DNA of 58,404 bases from an uncultured Candidatus Saccharibacteria bacterium (lineage in GTDB: Bacteria > Patescibacteriota > Minisyncoccia > Phycocordibacterales > WO2-35-19), in NCBI GenBank assembly GCA_964464975.1, contig CAYXKV010000002.1, positions 1 through 58,404 on the forward strand, read 5' to 3'. Each line of letters opens with the position of its first letter. The stretch's first letter is position 1. Under the pieces are notes generated by a model. It was not told where the DNA came from. It was given only the letters and a program-made list of their open reading frames with translations, and made no database searches. Positions 15,748-24,304 of this stretch are shown here, piece by piece. A program made the translations under genes and the position numbers.

Positions 15748-16896
15748 TTAGGCCAATTTATAAATTTTTTCAGTTTCCTCAAGCATTTTTTGGAGTGAGA
15801 AGAAATTAAAAATGGTTTTTTTGATTTCTTCTGCAAACTCCCTGCTCTTGTCAGGATGGTCACATAGATAAAGTATTGCCTCGGCAACCTCCTTGGGGTT
15901 TCTTGGGTGTATTAATATGCCGTTTTGCATGTCCTTTACCACTTCAGGTACTCCTCCGACACTTGTAGCAATTATAGGAATACCGGCGCTTCCGGCTTCC
16001 AAAACTACGTATGGGAAAGCCTCGTTTCTTGATGGCAGGAGGAAAATATCAGAGCCCTTGATGTACCTGCTTGCCTCTTCAACATAACCTAAAAACTTCA
16101 CATTATCGGAAATACCAAGCTCTTTTGCGAGGTTAGAAAGCATTTCATTTTGTTCGCCTGAACCGGCGATAACATAAAGGATTTTCACTCGCATGTTGTG
16201 GGGAAGCATTGCGATTCCTCGCAGGGCGGTATCTATGCCTTTGTTTGGGTTAAGTTCGGAAATGGAAAATATGACAGTGCGGTTTCTCGTCTCTCCAAAC
16301 AAGGAGCGGGACTCGCCTTTTGAGGCGAAATGGGGAGCAGAGATGCCGTTATAAATTACAGAGATCTTCTCTTGAGTGAAAGGCAAAAAGGAGACGCCTT
16401 TTTTGGTTTTTTCGGACACCGCTATTACTTTGTGGCAAAGGAGGATGGTAATCCAGTGGCTTAGGTAATAAAACAATCTGGCAGAAAGGGAGCGGTTTTT
16501 TTCATTAAAGGCCCAATTGTGGGCTGTAAATATTATTTTGGGATTAATATCTGCAGAAAACAGCGATACGAGCCTTCCGGCAAGAGCTCCAATGCCTCCT
16601 ATTTTAGAAGAGTTGAGGTGGATTATGTCAGGTTTCTCGGTCTTTATGATCCTTATAAGTTCTTTGAAAACCGAAAACTCATCCAAAAAACTCACTTCTC
16701 TCGCTAATTTTTCTATTCTGACTGTACGTATACCCTCATCTCTGAGCTTCCCGGGCAGGATCTCGCCTTCACCGCTTGCCACGATGATTTCGAACCTTTC
16801 TTTTGGCAGATTGGTGGCAAGATCATAGACATATCTTTGAGCTCCACCGAAGTTTCCTTTGGTGACGCAGAACAATATTTTCTTTTTTTTATCCAT
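15748..16896 (-). CDS. Glycosyltransferase family 4 (GT-B, group 1)
   Basis: 382 aa. N-terminal GGAQRYVYDLA motif. C-terminal LPSRNEAFPYVVLEAGSAGIPIIATSVGGVPEVV (E-x7-E region). Confidence 0.85.
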   Translation of the reverse strand: MDKKKKILFCVTKGNFGGAQRYVYDLATNLPKERFEIIVASGEGEILPGKLRDEGIRTVRIEKLAREVSFLDEFSVFKELIRIIKTEKPDIIHLNSSKIGGIGALAGRLVSLFSADINPKIIFTAHNWAFNEKNRSLSARLFYYLSHWITILLCHKVIAVSEKTKKGVSFLPFTQEKISVIYNGISAPHFASKGESRSLFGETRNRTVIFSISELNPNKGIDTALRGIAMLPHNMRVKILYVIAGSGEQNEMLSNLAKELGISDNVKFLGYVEEASRYIKGSDIFLLPSRNEAFPYVVLEAGSAGIPIIATSVGGVPEVVKDMQNGILIHPRNPKEVAEAILYLCDHPDKSREFAEEIKKTIFNFFSLQKMLEETEKIYKLA

Positions 16897-16917
16897 AAAA
16901 ATAAATATTTACATAAA

Positions 16918-16946
16918 TTGATATAAATTGCCAGTTATTGTATTAT
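16918..16946 (+). promoter_or_regulatory. Promoter giving a leader of about 2 nt
   Basis: TTGATA (16918-16923), 17-nt spacer, TATTAT (16941-16946). ATG at 16955. Confidence 0.45.
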
Positions 16947-16954
16947 GTTGAGCA

Positions 16955-18310
16955 ATGGCGATTTCAGGGAAAAAGGAGTCCCTTGCCCTCTTTTTGGGGG
17001 ATGTGGCCCTGCTTTATATTTCACTTTGGCTGACGCTTCTGGTCAGATATTTCGATATCCCATCCTCAAATTCCTGGGGGATGCACTTTTGGCCGTTTAC
17101 CATTATTATCGGCGTCTGGCTCCTTGTATTTTTCATTTCCGGCCTTTATGAAAAGCATACACTGTTTTTGAAAAGCAGATTACCGGGCATGGTCCTAAAC
17201 GCCCAGGTGGCAAACAGCTTCATCGCCGTACTCTTCTTCTATTTTATTGCGTATTTCGGTATCGCCCCGAAGACAAATCTTTTCATCTATCTCATTATTT
17301 CCTTCGGCCTGATATTGGTTTGGAGGATATATGGAGACAGGGTATTGTACCCGACTGCCAAGCAGAAGGGAATAATCGTCGGAAGCGGCGAAGAAATGAA
17401 AGAGCTTCTGGAGGAAGTCAACAACAATCCGAAGTATGGACTGGAATTTATATCTTCGATCGACCTCAACAGAATCACTGGTCTGGATTTTCAGGAGGAA
17501 ATTTTATCGAGAGTGTATGCGGAGGAAGTGCAAATCATTGCTATCGATCTAAAAAACGAGAAGGTAGAGCCGATACTGCCTCATTTGTACAATCTCATTT
17601 TTTCAAAAGTAAAGTTTATAGATATGTACAAAATTTATGAGGATATCTTCGATCGCGTACCGCTCTCCCTCGTGCGGTACAATTGGTTTCTAGAAAATAT
17701 TTCGACAGAAAGCAGAGCCACATACGACTTCATGAAGAGAAGTATGGATCTCGTTATTTCCCTTATTTTAGGCCTTATTTCATTGATTTTTTATCCATTA
17801 GTTTACATTCTGATAAAAATGGAGGACAAGGGGCCGACATTTTTTGTTCAGGAAAGAATCGGCAAAAGCAACAAAATAATTAAAATCAGAAAATTCAGGA
17901 GCATGGCGAACTTTACAGACTCAGACCAAAACGGCAACGGAAACAATGGCGGCAAAATTACAAAAGTCGGCAGATGGCTCAGGAAGTTTCGAATTGACGA
18001 ACTGCCTCAGCTTTGGAATGTTATAGAAGGCGAGATGTCGCTTATCGGTCCCAGACCGGAGATTCCTTCACTTGTGAGGCACTACGAATCGGAAATTCCG
18101 TATTACAATGTGAGACACTTGATTAAACCGGGACTCTCCGGCTGGGCTCAGCTGTATCATTTCGATCCTCCTAAGGTCAATGCAGATGCTGAGAAGACTA
18201 GGCGCAAGCTCTCATATGACCTTTATTACATCAAAAACCGTTCTTTAATGCTTGACCTCAAAATAGCTCTAAAGACCATAAAAGCTCTTTTGTCTAGAAG
18301 CGGAGTTTGA
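16955..18310 (+). CDS. Polyprenyl-phosphate glycosyl-1-phosphate transferase (bacterial sugar transferase, WbaP/EpsB-like priming enzyme)
   Basis: 451 aa with N-terminal TM helices. C-terminal motifs KRSMDLVISL...GPTFFVQERIGK...KFRSM...DELPQLWNVIEGEMSLIGPRPE. Confidence 0.85.
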   Translation: MAISGKKESLALFLGDVALLYISLWLTLLVRYFDIPSSNSWGMHFWPFTIIIGVWLLVFFISGLYEKHTLFLKSRLPGMVLNAQVANSFIAVLFFYFIAYFGIAPKTNLFIYLIISFGLILVWRIYGDRVLYPTAKQKGIIVGSGEEMKELLEEVNNNPKYGLEFISSIDLNRITGLDFQEEILSRVYAEEVQIIAIDLKNEKVEPILPHLYNLIFSKVKFIDMYKIYEDIFDRVPLSLVRYNWFLENISTESRATYDFMKRSMDLVISLILGLISLIFYPLVYILIKMEDKGPTFFVQERIGKSNKIIKIRKFRSMANFTDSDQNGNGNNGGKITKVGRWLRKFRIDELPQLWNVIEGEMSLIGPRPEIPSLVRHYESEIPYYNVRHLIKPGLSGWAQLYHFDPPKVNADAEKTRRKLSYDLYYIKNRSLMLDLKIALKTIKALLSRSGV

Positions 18311-18323
18311 TATAAAGGGCCGG

Positions 18324-19649
18324 TTGGTTTATTGTTACTTAATCATGCATAGATACAGATTTTGGGCGGTGATAATTGTTTTTGGGGCTATATTGCTCGG
18401 CTATTTTGTATGGAACTCTGAAAAATCGGAGACCTCGACAAGGAAATTTTTGCTGGGACTTGATCTTTTTGGTGGGTCTCATTTGGTTTACAGGGCGGAT
18501 ACTTCCAAGGTTGAGTTGGGCGACATTTCTTCCTCAATGCAGTCACTGCGCGATACCATAGAAAGGAGGATAAATCTTTTCGGAGTATCGGAACCTTTGG
18601 TGCAAGTTGAAGAAGGGGGAGTGTTTAACGCTACCCAAAGCGACCAGCGTCTTATAGTCGAGCTTCCCGGAGTTACCGATGTTGAGGAGGCGGTGAAAAG
18701 AATAGGCGAAACGCCGATTTTGGAATTCAAACTCCTGACCAAGGAAGGGGAGAGTAAACTTAAGAATTCAGCACCAACAGACAGAGAAGAGCTTGATCGG
18801 CTATTTCTTGATACAGGACTGAGTGGCAGCATGCTAAAAAGAGCGAGCGTCCAGTTTGACCCAAATCTTGCAAACAAACCGATCATTGGCCTGAGATTCA
18901 ATGATGAAGGATCCGAGCTTTTCGCGAAAATCACCAAAGAGAACACAGGAAGCGTTCTTGGTATTTTCCTCGACGGTGTCTTAGTAGAAGCTCCGTATAT
19001 CAGGGAAGAGATATCCGGAGGGGAAGCGGTAATAACCGGTGATTTCACCCTTGAACAAGCCAAGCAGGTAGTAAGAGACTTAAATTACGGAGCACTGCCG
19101 ATGCCGGTCACTTTGGTAAGCACCCAGACTATCGGGGCATCCCTTGGAGAGAGAGCGGTCAGTCAAAGTGTCAGGGCAGGGCTCTGGGCTTTCCTCATTG
19201 TAGCCTTGTTTCTTATCGGTTGGTATAGGTTTGAAGGGTTGGTGGCTGCGGTGGCGCTTGCCATATACACCGTCCTTAATCTCGCGCTTTTCAAACTGAT
19301 CCCGGTCACCCTTACAGCTGCAGGTATTGCGGGGTTCATACTCTCGATCGGGATGGCTGTCGATGCCAATATATTGATCTTCGAGCGTACAAAAGAAGAG
19401 CTTAAAAAGGGCAAAAGCAAACAAGAAGCCCTCAAAGAAGGGTTCCATAGAGCATGGAGTTCCATACGAGACTCAAATATTTCGAGCATTATAACCGCGA
19501 TCATCCTTTACTATTTCGCTTCCACGGCGGTTATCAAGGGGTTCGCTCTGGTTTTCTTCATAGGCGTCTTGGTTTCAATGTTTAGCGCAATCACAGCCTC
19601 AAGGACAATACTTTTTGCAGTAAGTAGGGAAGAAAAGAAATTAACATGA
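18324..19649 (+). CDS. secD: Protein translocase subunit SecD
   Basis: 441 aa. LGLDLFGGSHLVY, VELPGVTDVEEAVKRIGETPILEF and a C-terminal 6-TM domain. The start may instead be ATG 18345 (MHRYRFW...). Confidence 0.9.
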   Translation: MVYCYLIMHRYRFWAVIIVFGAILLGYFVWNSEKSETSTRKFLLGLDLFGGSHLVYRADTSKVELGDISSSMQSLRDTIERRINLFGVSEPLVQVEEGGVFNATQSDQRLIVELPGVTDVEEAVKRIGETPILEFKLLTKEGESKLKNSAPTDREELDRLFLDTGLSGSMLKRASVQFDPNLANKPIIGLRFNDEGSELFAKITKENTGSVLGIFLDGVLVEAPYIREEISGGEAVITGDFTLEQAKQVVRDLNYGALPMPVTLVSTQTIGASLGERAVSQSVRAGLWAFLIVALFLIGWYRFEGLVAAVALAIYTVLNLALFKLIPVTLTAAGIAGFILSIGMAVDANILIFERTKEELKKGKSKQEALKEGFHRAWSSIRDSNISSIITAIILYYFASTAVIKGFALVFFIGVLVSMFSAITASRTILFAVSREEKKLT

Positions 19650-20575
19650 ATATCGTAAAAAACAGAAAAATATACTACTCGATATCGGCAATTTTGATTG
19701 TGACTTCGGTTGTAGCAATCTTGCTTTGGGGTCTTAGGTCAGGAATCGATTTTTCCGGGGGAAGCCTTCTTGAAATTTCGTATGAAGAAGAGAGGCCTGC
19801 GACCGAAGATATCATTGTGGCCGTGAGCCGCGCCGGTTTTGCTGACGCTTCAGTGAGACCTACCGAGGACGGATTTATAGTTAGAGCCAAAGAAATTTTG
19901 CAGGATGAAAAAGACCAAATTTTTGAAAATGTATCTTTCGGAGGAAGATTTAAGCCGATCGAGAAAACTTTCAGCAATGTAGGGCCGGTGTTGGGCAAGG
20001 AAGCGCTCATGAAGTCATGGGTTTCGATCGCCTTGGTACTTTTAGCCATTGTTCTTTTCATCGCTTTTGCTTTCAGGAAAGTTTCTCAGATATCAAAATT
20101 CAGTTCTGCAAAGCTTCCTTCATCGTGGGTCTATGGCATGGTGACGGTCGCAGCTTTAGCGCATGACGTGTTGATCCCGACCGGAGTAGCGGCTATACTC
20201 GGCAAGCTCAGGGGCTTTGAAGTGGATACGCTGTTTGTGACCGCTCTTCTCGTCATCCTTGGATTTTCGGTCCACGATACTATCGTCGTTTTCGACAGGG
20301 TCAGGGAGAATCTGCACAAAAACGAGGAATTCAAGGAAGGTAAGGACTTCGATGAAGTGGTGGGAAAAAGCATCGAGGAGACCATTGTGAGATCCCTCAA
20401 TACCTCACTTACAACTCTTCTTGCGATCCTTGCGCTTTTTGTCTTTGGTCCGGAGTCGGTCAGAAACTTCTCCCTCATCCTCATTATAGGTATCGCCGTA
20501 GGCACCTACTCCTCTATTTTCATCGGTTCGCCGCTTCTTGTGACGATACAGAAGTACAAGGAGACTAGAAAATAA
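19646..20575 (+). CDS. secF: Protein translocase subunit SecF
   Basis: 309 aa. GIDFSGGSLLE motif and C-terminal TM bundle HDTIVVFDRVRE. ATGA overlap with secD. Confidence 0.9.
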   Translation: MNIVKNRKIYYSISAILIVTSVVAILLWGLRSGIDFSGGSLLEISYEEERPATEDIIVAVSRAGFADASVRPTEDGFIVRAKEILQDEKDQIFENVSFGGRFKPIEKTFSNVGPVLGKEALMKSWVSIALVLLAIVLFIAFAFRKVSQISKFSSAKLPSSWVYGMVTVAALAHDVLIPTGVAAILGKLRGFEVDTLFVTALLVILGFSVHDTIVVFDRVRENLHKNEEFKEGKDFDEVVGKSIEETIVRSLNTSLTTLLAILALFVFGPESVRNFSLILIIGIAVGTYSSIFIGSPLLVTIQKYKETRK

Positions 20576-20588
20576 ACCCCACCCCTTA

Positions 20589-20612
20589 CCCCTCCCCTTA
20601 ACAGGGGAGGGG
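20589..20612 (+). terminator. GC-rich hairpin after secF
   Basis: CCCCTCCCC (20589-20597) TTAACA GGGGAGGGG (20604-20612). No clear T-run. Confidence 0.4.
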
Positions 20613-20647
20613 AGTTAACCTCGAAGCTTGAAAGGGAGCTTACTCGC

Positions 20648-20676
20648 TTGACAGTAAGCAACACTTTTGCTATCCT
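20648..20676 (+). promoter_or_regulatory. Consensus-like promoter for orphan gene A
   Basis: TTGACA (20648-20653), 17-nt spacer, TATCCT (20671-20676). AGGAGAAGG RBS (20682-20690) before ATG 20693. Confidence 0.5.
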
Positions 20677-20692
20677 TTCAAGAGGAGAAGGT

Positions 20693-21403
20693 ATGTTGAA
20701 ATTTAAGAGTGGGTACGAGCTTGAAGACGCGATCTTCGGCTGCCACTCTTCGGGTGGCAGCTTGGTTGAAAGATTTGCGGGGCAGAGACCGGATTTTGAT
20801 AAAGACGTAAAGCGTCTGATCAGACAATCTAGCCATCAAAAATACCCCGGCACCCAAATAGGCAGATCGATTTTCCACTACGCAAAGGAAGAGCTGGAAA
20901 AACTAGGAGTTAATTGCAAGGGATTTGTTTTCCTGACGGCAATAAACACCAAAGTTGACCTCAAGCACTTTGCGGACGGGATATTCTACCTGCCCTCGGT
21001 CCTAAGGTTCCCCGTGACTGTTGATACGTTCAACATCGATACTAAGGAGCTTCTCGAACTCCGAGACTCTTGGATCGATAAGTTTGAAGGCAGAGTCTAT
21101 TCGGACTCTGACTTCCAAACAGACTTGTTCAGATACAAGGCTGGTGTATCAACGTGGAGAAAAGAAGCTCTGGTCGCGGCGAGCGAAGGTCATGAGATTT
21201 TCCCGCCAACCGATTTCAGGGAATACACAGACTACGGTAGGCCGGAAAACCACTTTGTTCTAACGCCATTTCATTTAACAACGTATCGCCAAAGGAGAAA
21301 GTTCGCCAAAATGCTGGCGAGATACCTTGCCAGCAAAGCTGTCGCCGAACATGCGGCAGTAAAGCAGAAATGCCATCATAAACCCGCCCTGAGCGGCCGC
21401 TAA
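20693..21403 (+). CDS. Orphan hypothetical protein A (236 aa from ATG 20693)
   Basis: The ORF-track start (TTG 20648) coincides with the -35 box, so ATG 20693 with its SD is preferred. No family recognised. Confidence 0.6.
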   Translation: MLKFKSGYELEDAIFGCHSSGGSLVERFAGQRPDFDKDVKRLIRQSSHQKYPGTQIGRSIFHYAKEELEKLGVNCKGFVFLTAINTKVDLKHFADGIFYLPSVLRFPVTVDTFNIDTKELLELRDSWIDKFEGRVYSDSDFQTDLFRYKAGVSTWRKEALVAASEGHEIFPPTDFREYTDYGRPENHFVLTPFHLTTYRQRRKFAKMLARYLASKAVAEHAAVKQKCHHKPALSGR

Positions 21404-21433
21404 AAGGGCCCATTCGCAGTACGCGGTGGGCTC

Positions 21434-21461
21434 TTGACATTTTATAAATATTTGCTACAAT
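21434..21461 (+). promoter_or_regulatory. Near-consensus promoter for orphan gene B
   Basis: TTGACA (21434-21439), 16-nt spacer, TACAAT (21456-21461). AAGGAG RBS upstream of ATG 21539. Confidence 0.55.
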
Positions 21462-21538
21462 ACACGCCAGAAAGTTTGCGCCAGTCGTATAGGCGCGTTC
21501 ATTAACAATGAAATGGGACGTTAAAAGGAGAAAATCCC

Positions 21539-22600
21539 ATGTCTATCAGAAGTGCCATTGATAAAGTCCTCGGGAAGTACGAGAGGTTCGCCCGCGTGAT
21601 CAAGGACCCGAATGCCGGTGAAGACGAGACGTATTTCGCTTTCTCGTCCATGTTCGGGGGTGAACGAGAGTTTTGGGTCGAGGTAGCAGCCAATTATCAC
21701 CGCCGAAATGCAAATCAGGCGGCGAAGGAGAAAGCCGATGTGGTTCTCTCTCTGGCGGCTCCCAAGCCGGTTGAAACGGAGAAAGCGGAACCAGCTGCTG
21801 CTCCAGTCCCCAAGCAGGCCCCGGCGCAGGTGATCACACCCAAACCGAAGGCCGCGAAACCGGCAGCACAACCCAAGCCGGCAACCGTGCCGGCGAGGAC
21901 GCTCGACAACAACAAGGAAGGGGAGGAGAGGAAGAACAAACTCATCAACTTCCTGAAGAAATTCGTTGAGGGAGAATGGATCAAGATTGCCGAAACTCGG
22001 CAGCTTCTCACCCGCGTCGTGGAAAGCGGAGTCACTCTCACCGAGGCGGAGATCAAGGCTGTCTTCGACGCCGACAAGAAGGCAAGAGGGCTCGAAAAGC
22101 CCACTTACCTCATCGATGACAATACGCGCGATTTGCTCTACATGGCTCCGGCGGAGCTTGTAGGCGAATTCGCTTTCAACGGTCAGAAAGGAGAGTTGAC
22201 CAAAGTCCTCGCTGAACTCAACGGGCTCAACGGAGAACAGGTCCCCCGGAGTCTCGTGGCGAGGATTTACCTCGTCGGATACGCAATCGACGCGTTGATC
22301 AGAAAACGCGGGCTCGACGAGTTTGAGAAGGGGAGAGTCGAAACTCTCCAGGCCGCGACAGGGAAGGCGGGTCTCGAAAAGGTCGCCGACCAGCTTGGCG
22401 AGCTGACTAAGGATAGTAGGCTTGCCCTGGAAGCGGTCCACAAGGCCGCAAGGGTTCCCAACAACCTCCTTGGAGAGAAATTCGCCGAGCTCGGTCTCGT
22501 CCAGCTTCCAGATGCCGAAGCTGACGAGAGGCAAAACAAGCGGGCGAGCGACTCCGCCAAAGTAGCAAGCAACTTTGCAGCCGCAACCGCTTCAATCTAG
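21539..22600 (+). CDS. Orphan hypothetical protein B with an Ala/Pro/Lys-rich linker
   Basis: 353 aa. Low-complexity AAPKPVETEKAEPAAAPVPKQAPAQVITPKPKAAKPAAQPKPATVPA. SD, promoter and a downstream terminator all lie on the + strand. No family recognised. Confidence 0.65.
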   Translation: MSIRSAIDKVLGKYERFARVIKDPNAGEDETYFAFSSMFGGEREFWVEVAANYHRRNANQAAKEKADVVLSLAAPKPVETEKAEPAAAPVPKQAPAQVITPKPKAAKPAAQPKPATVPARTLDNNKEGEERKNKLINFLKKFVEGEWIKIAETRQLLTRVVESGVTLTEAEIKAVFDADKKARGLEKPTYLIDDNTRDLLYMAPAELVGEFAFNGQKGELTKVLAELNGLNGEQVPRSLVARIYLVGYAIDALIRKRGLDEFEKGRVETLQAATGKAGLEKVADQLGELTKDSRLALEAVHKAARVPNNLLGEKFAELGLVQLPDAEADERQNKRASDSAKVASNFAAATASI

Positions 22601-22630
22601 GGCATCGTCCCACAACCTTCCGCAGATGAG

Positions 22631-22670
22631 GGCTCGCCAATGCGAGCCCCGCCTGCGGGGGTTTTTGTTT
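22631..22670 (+). terminator. Tandem hairpins plus T-run terminating gene B
   Basis: GGCTCGC CAAT GCGAGCC (22631-22648), then CCCCG CCTG CGGGG (22647-22660), followed by GTTTTTGTTT. Confidence 0.7.
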
Positions 22671-22679
22671 ATCAACAGG

Positions 22680-22707
22680 TTGCGGGATTTGGGGGCTCAT
22701 TTATACT
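22680..22707 (+). promoter_or_regulatory. Promoter positioned for a leaderless transcript
   Basis: TTGCGG (22680-22685), 16-nt spacer, TATACT (22702-22707). The A of ATG 22714 is the 7th nt after the -10 box. Confidence 0.5.
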
Positions 22708-22713
22708 TCTTGT

Positions 22714-23028
22714 ATGCATTACAGAAGCAACTTCTTTATATCCCTCGGCATATGGATCTCTCTTATACCTTTCCTTGGAATTCCTCGGGCCTGGCGGGAT
22801 GGGCTTGTGGTGGCAACAGGACTTTTCATTCTCGTCATTTTCCTTGGGCCAATAATCCTTAAAAAGCTTCAAACTAAACCTAGAAGAAGCGCCTCCAGAC
22901 CAAAAAATACTATGGACCAGAGCGGGGATTTGAAATTTTCGGACATTTCAACGAAAAGTCTAAATCCCGACGCGGCTTCTTTTACTGCTCGAGACAATGT
23001 GTCAGACAATAAGCAGAACACGGCTTAG
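22714..23028 (+). CDS. Small 2-TM membrane protein with a polar C-terminal tail
   Basis: 104-aa ORF. Hydrophobic N-terminal half (FFISLGIWISLIPFLGIP...LVVATGLFILVIFLGPIIL). Supported by the promoter geometry. Confidence 0.45.
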   Translation: MHYRSNFFISLGIWISLIPFLGIPRAWRDGLVVATGLFILVIFLGPIILKKLQTKPRRSASRPKNTMDQSGDLKFSDISTKSLNPDAASFTARDNVSDNKQNTA

Positions 23029-23038
23029 GTCAAATTTT

Positions 23039-23182
23039 ATGAAAAATGCAGGCAAAATATTGGGTCTCTGGATCGGCGGAGCTACTTTGATTTTTTTTGT
23101 TTCCACTTTTTCGTTTTCATCCCAATCCACCTTTAGCCAAGCTGGCGATATCGTCGTTCCTCAAGAGACAGAAAAAAAGTAA
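23039..23182 (+). pseudogene. Signal-anchor fragment that probably belongs to the downstream DUF4015-like gene (frame broken at an A7 tract)
   Basis: MKNAGKILGLWIGGATLIFFVSTFSFSS... ends in GAA AAA AAG TAA. The downstream reading frame is already open from 23137. Confidence 0.45.
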
Positions 23183-23208
23183 GACACCTAAAAACCCCGG
23201 AGCCACTC

Positions 23209-24270
23209 ATGGGTGTGTACATGATTCAATGCGCCGCTGCAACACCCAAAATGAGAGAGAGTATAATCAAACTGATCGATGAGACGGAGCTTAATTCGGT
23301 GATTGTAGATATCAAAGATTACACCGGCACAGTCTCTTTCAAAACCGGCATTCCGGAGATCGATTCCTTAAGCAATGGCGGCAGGGGCTGCCAAGTTAAG
23401 GATATGAAGGAACTTGTAGGCGATCTTTATGACAAGGATATTTACGTGATAGGGAGACTCACTGTTTTTCAAGATCCGCTATATACCAAAGTTTATCCCG
23501 AGCTGGCTGTAAAGAAAAAATCGGATATGTCAGTATGGAAAGACAGGAAAGGACTTTCTTTCGTCGATCCAGGGGCGAAACCTTTCTGGGATTACATCAT
23601 AAAAATTTCCGAAGCCGCTCATTCAATAGGTTTTGACGAGATCAATTATGACTACATCCGGTTTCCGTCCGATGGCAACATGACCGATATTTATTTCTCT
23701 CATACGGGCATAACCACTAAAAGGGAGATGCTTCGGCAATTTTTCGAGTATCTGGACATCAAACTTATCGGCAAAGGTATAGTAACCTCAGCTGATATAT
23801 TCGGGATGACAACCACCAATACCGACGACATGAACATAGGTCAAGTTCTAGAGAACGCGCTGATGCACTTCGATTATGTGAGCCCGATGGTTTATCCGTC
23901 TCACTATCCTCCGCAGTTTAACGGCTGGCCCGATCCGAACAAGGTGCCGTATGAAGTGGTCAAGTACAGCATGGATAGCGCGTCCGCACGGGCGAAGTTT
24001 TTGCAGGCAGAGATGATCATGAAGATGTATACCGCGAACGCCTCAAGCACGGTTTTGGAAAAAACTCCCTTCTATAACGAGAGGATCGAAAAGAGGATTG
24101 GCATAAAACAGCTGCGCCCATGGCTTCAGGACAACGACTACCCGGTACACTATACGCCGAGTATGGTCAGGGCTCAGATCCAAGCCGTATATGATGCGGG
24201 ACTAACCAGCTGGATGCTATGGGATCCAAGCAATACTTATACCAAAGAAGCTCTTTTGCCTGAATTATGA
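23209..24270 (+). CDS. Putative glycoside-hydrolase-like protein (DUF4015 / GH-like TIM barrel family)
   Basis: 353 aa. GVYM...ESIIKLIDETELNSVIVDIKDYTGTVSF..., FDEINYDYIRFPSDG, VSPMVYPSHY. Confidence 0.7.
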   Translation: MGVYMIQCAAATPKMRESIIKLIDETELNSVIVDIKDYTGTVSFKTGIPEIDSLSNGGRGCQVKDMKELVGDLYDKDIYVIGRLTVFQDPLYTKVYPELAVKKKSDMSVWKDRKGLSFVDPGAKPFWDYIIKISEAAHSIGFDEINYDYIRFPSDGNMTDIYFSHTGITTKREMLRQFFEYLDIKLIGKGIVTSADIFGMTTTNTDDMNIGQVLENALMHFDYVSPMVYPSHYPPQFNGWPDPNKVPYEVVKYSMDSASARAKFLQAEMIMKMYTANASSTVLEKTPFYNERIEKRIGIKQLRPWLQDNDYPVHYTPSMVRAQIQAVYDAGLTSWMLWDPSNTYTKEALLPEL

Positions 24271-24288
24271 ATCACGAATTAAGAATTA

Positions 24289-24297
24289 TGGTAAAAT
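24289..24297 (+). promoter_or_regulatory. Extended -10 element (TGnTAAAAT) giving a leader of about 1 nt
   Basis: TG (24289-24290), G, then TAAAAT (24292-24297). ATG at 24305. Confidence 0.45.
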
Positions 24298-24304
24298 ATC
24301 TCCA

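Noticed and set aside
20648-20692. The ORF-track TTG start (20648) for orphan gene A
   Set aside because: TTGACA at 20648-20653 is better explained as the -35 box, with a 17-nt spacer to TATCCT. An in-frame ATG at 20693 has an AGGAGAAGG RBS.
21521-22534. A 337-aa ORF on the minus strand, almost fully antisense to orphan gene B
   Set aside because: Promoter, AGGAG RBS and terminator all support the + strand gene. The minus-strand ORF starts at TTG without an RBS. Its translation is Leu/Arg/Ser/Phe/Cys-rich, as expected for antisense reading of a GC-rich, Ala/Glu/Lys-rich gene. It is treated as a shadow ORF.
20648-22670. Calling the orphan two-gene module a GC-content genomic island
   Set aside because: Hand counts show only gene B is clearly GC-elevated (35 of 60 in one line). 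Gene A (29 of 60) is similar to secD (31 of 60). Gene B's bias is partly explained by its Ala/Pro/Gly/Glu-rich composition. No integrase, tRNA target or direct repeats flank it. It is reported only as an orphan module.
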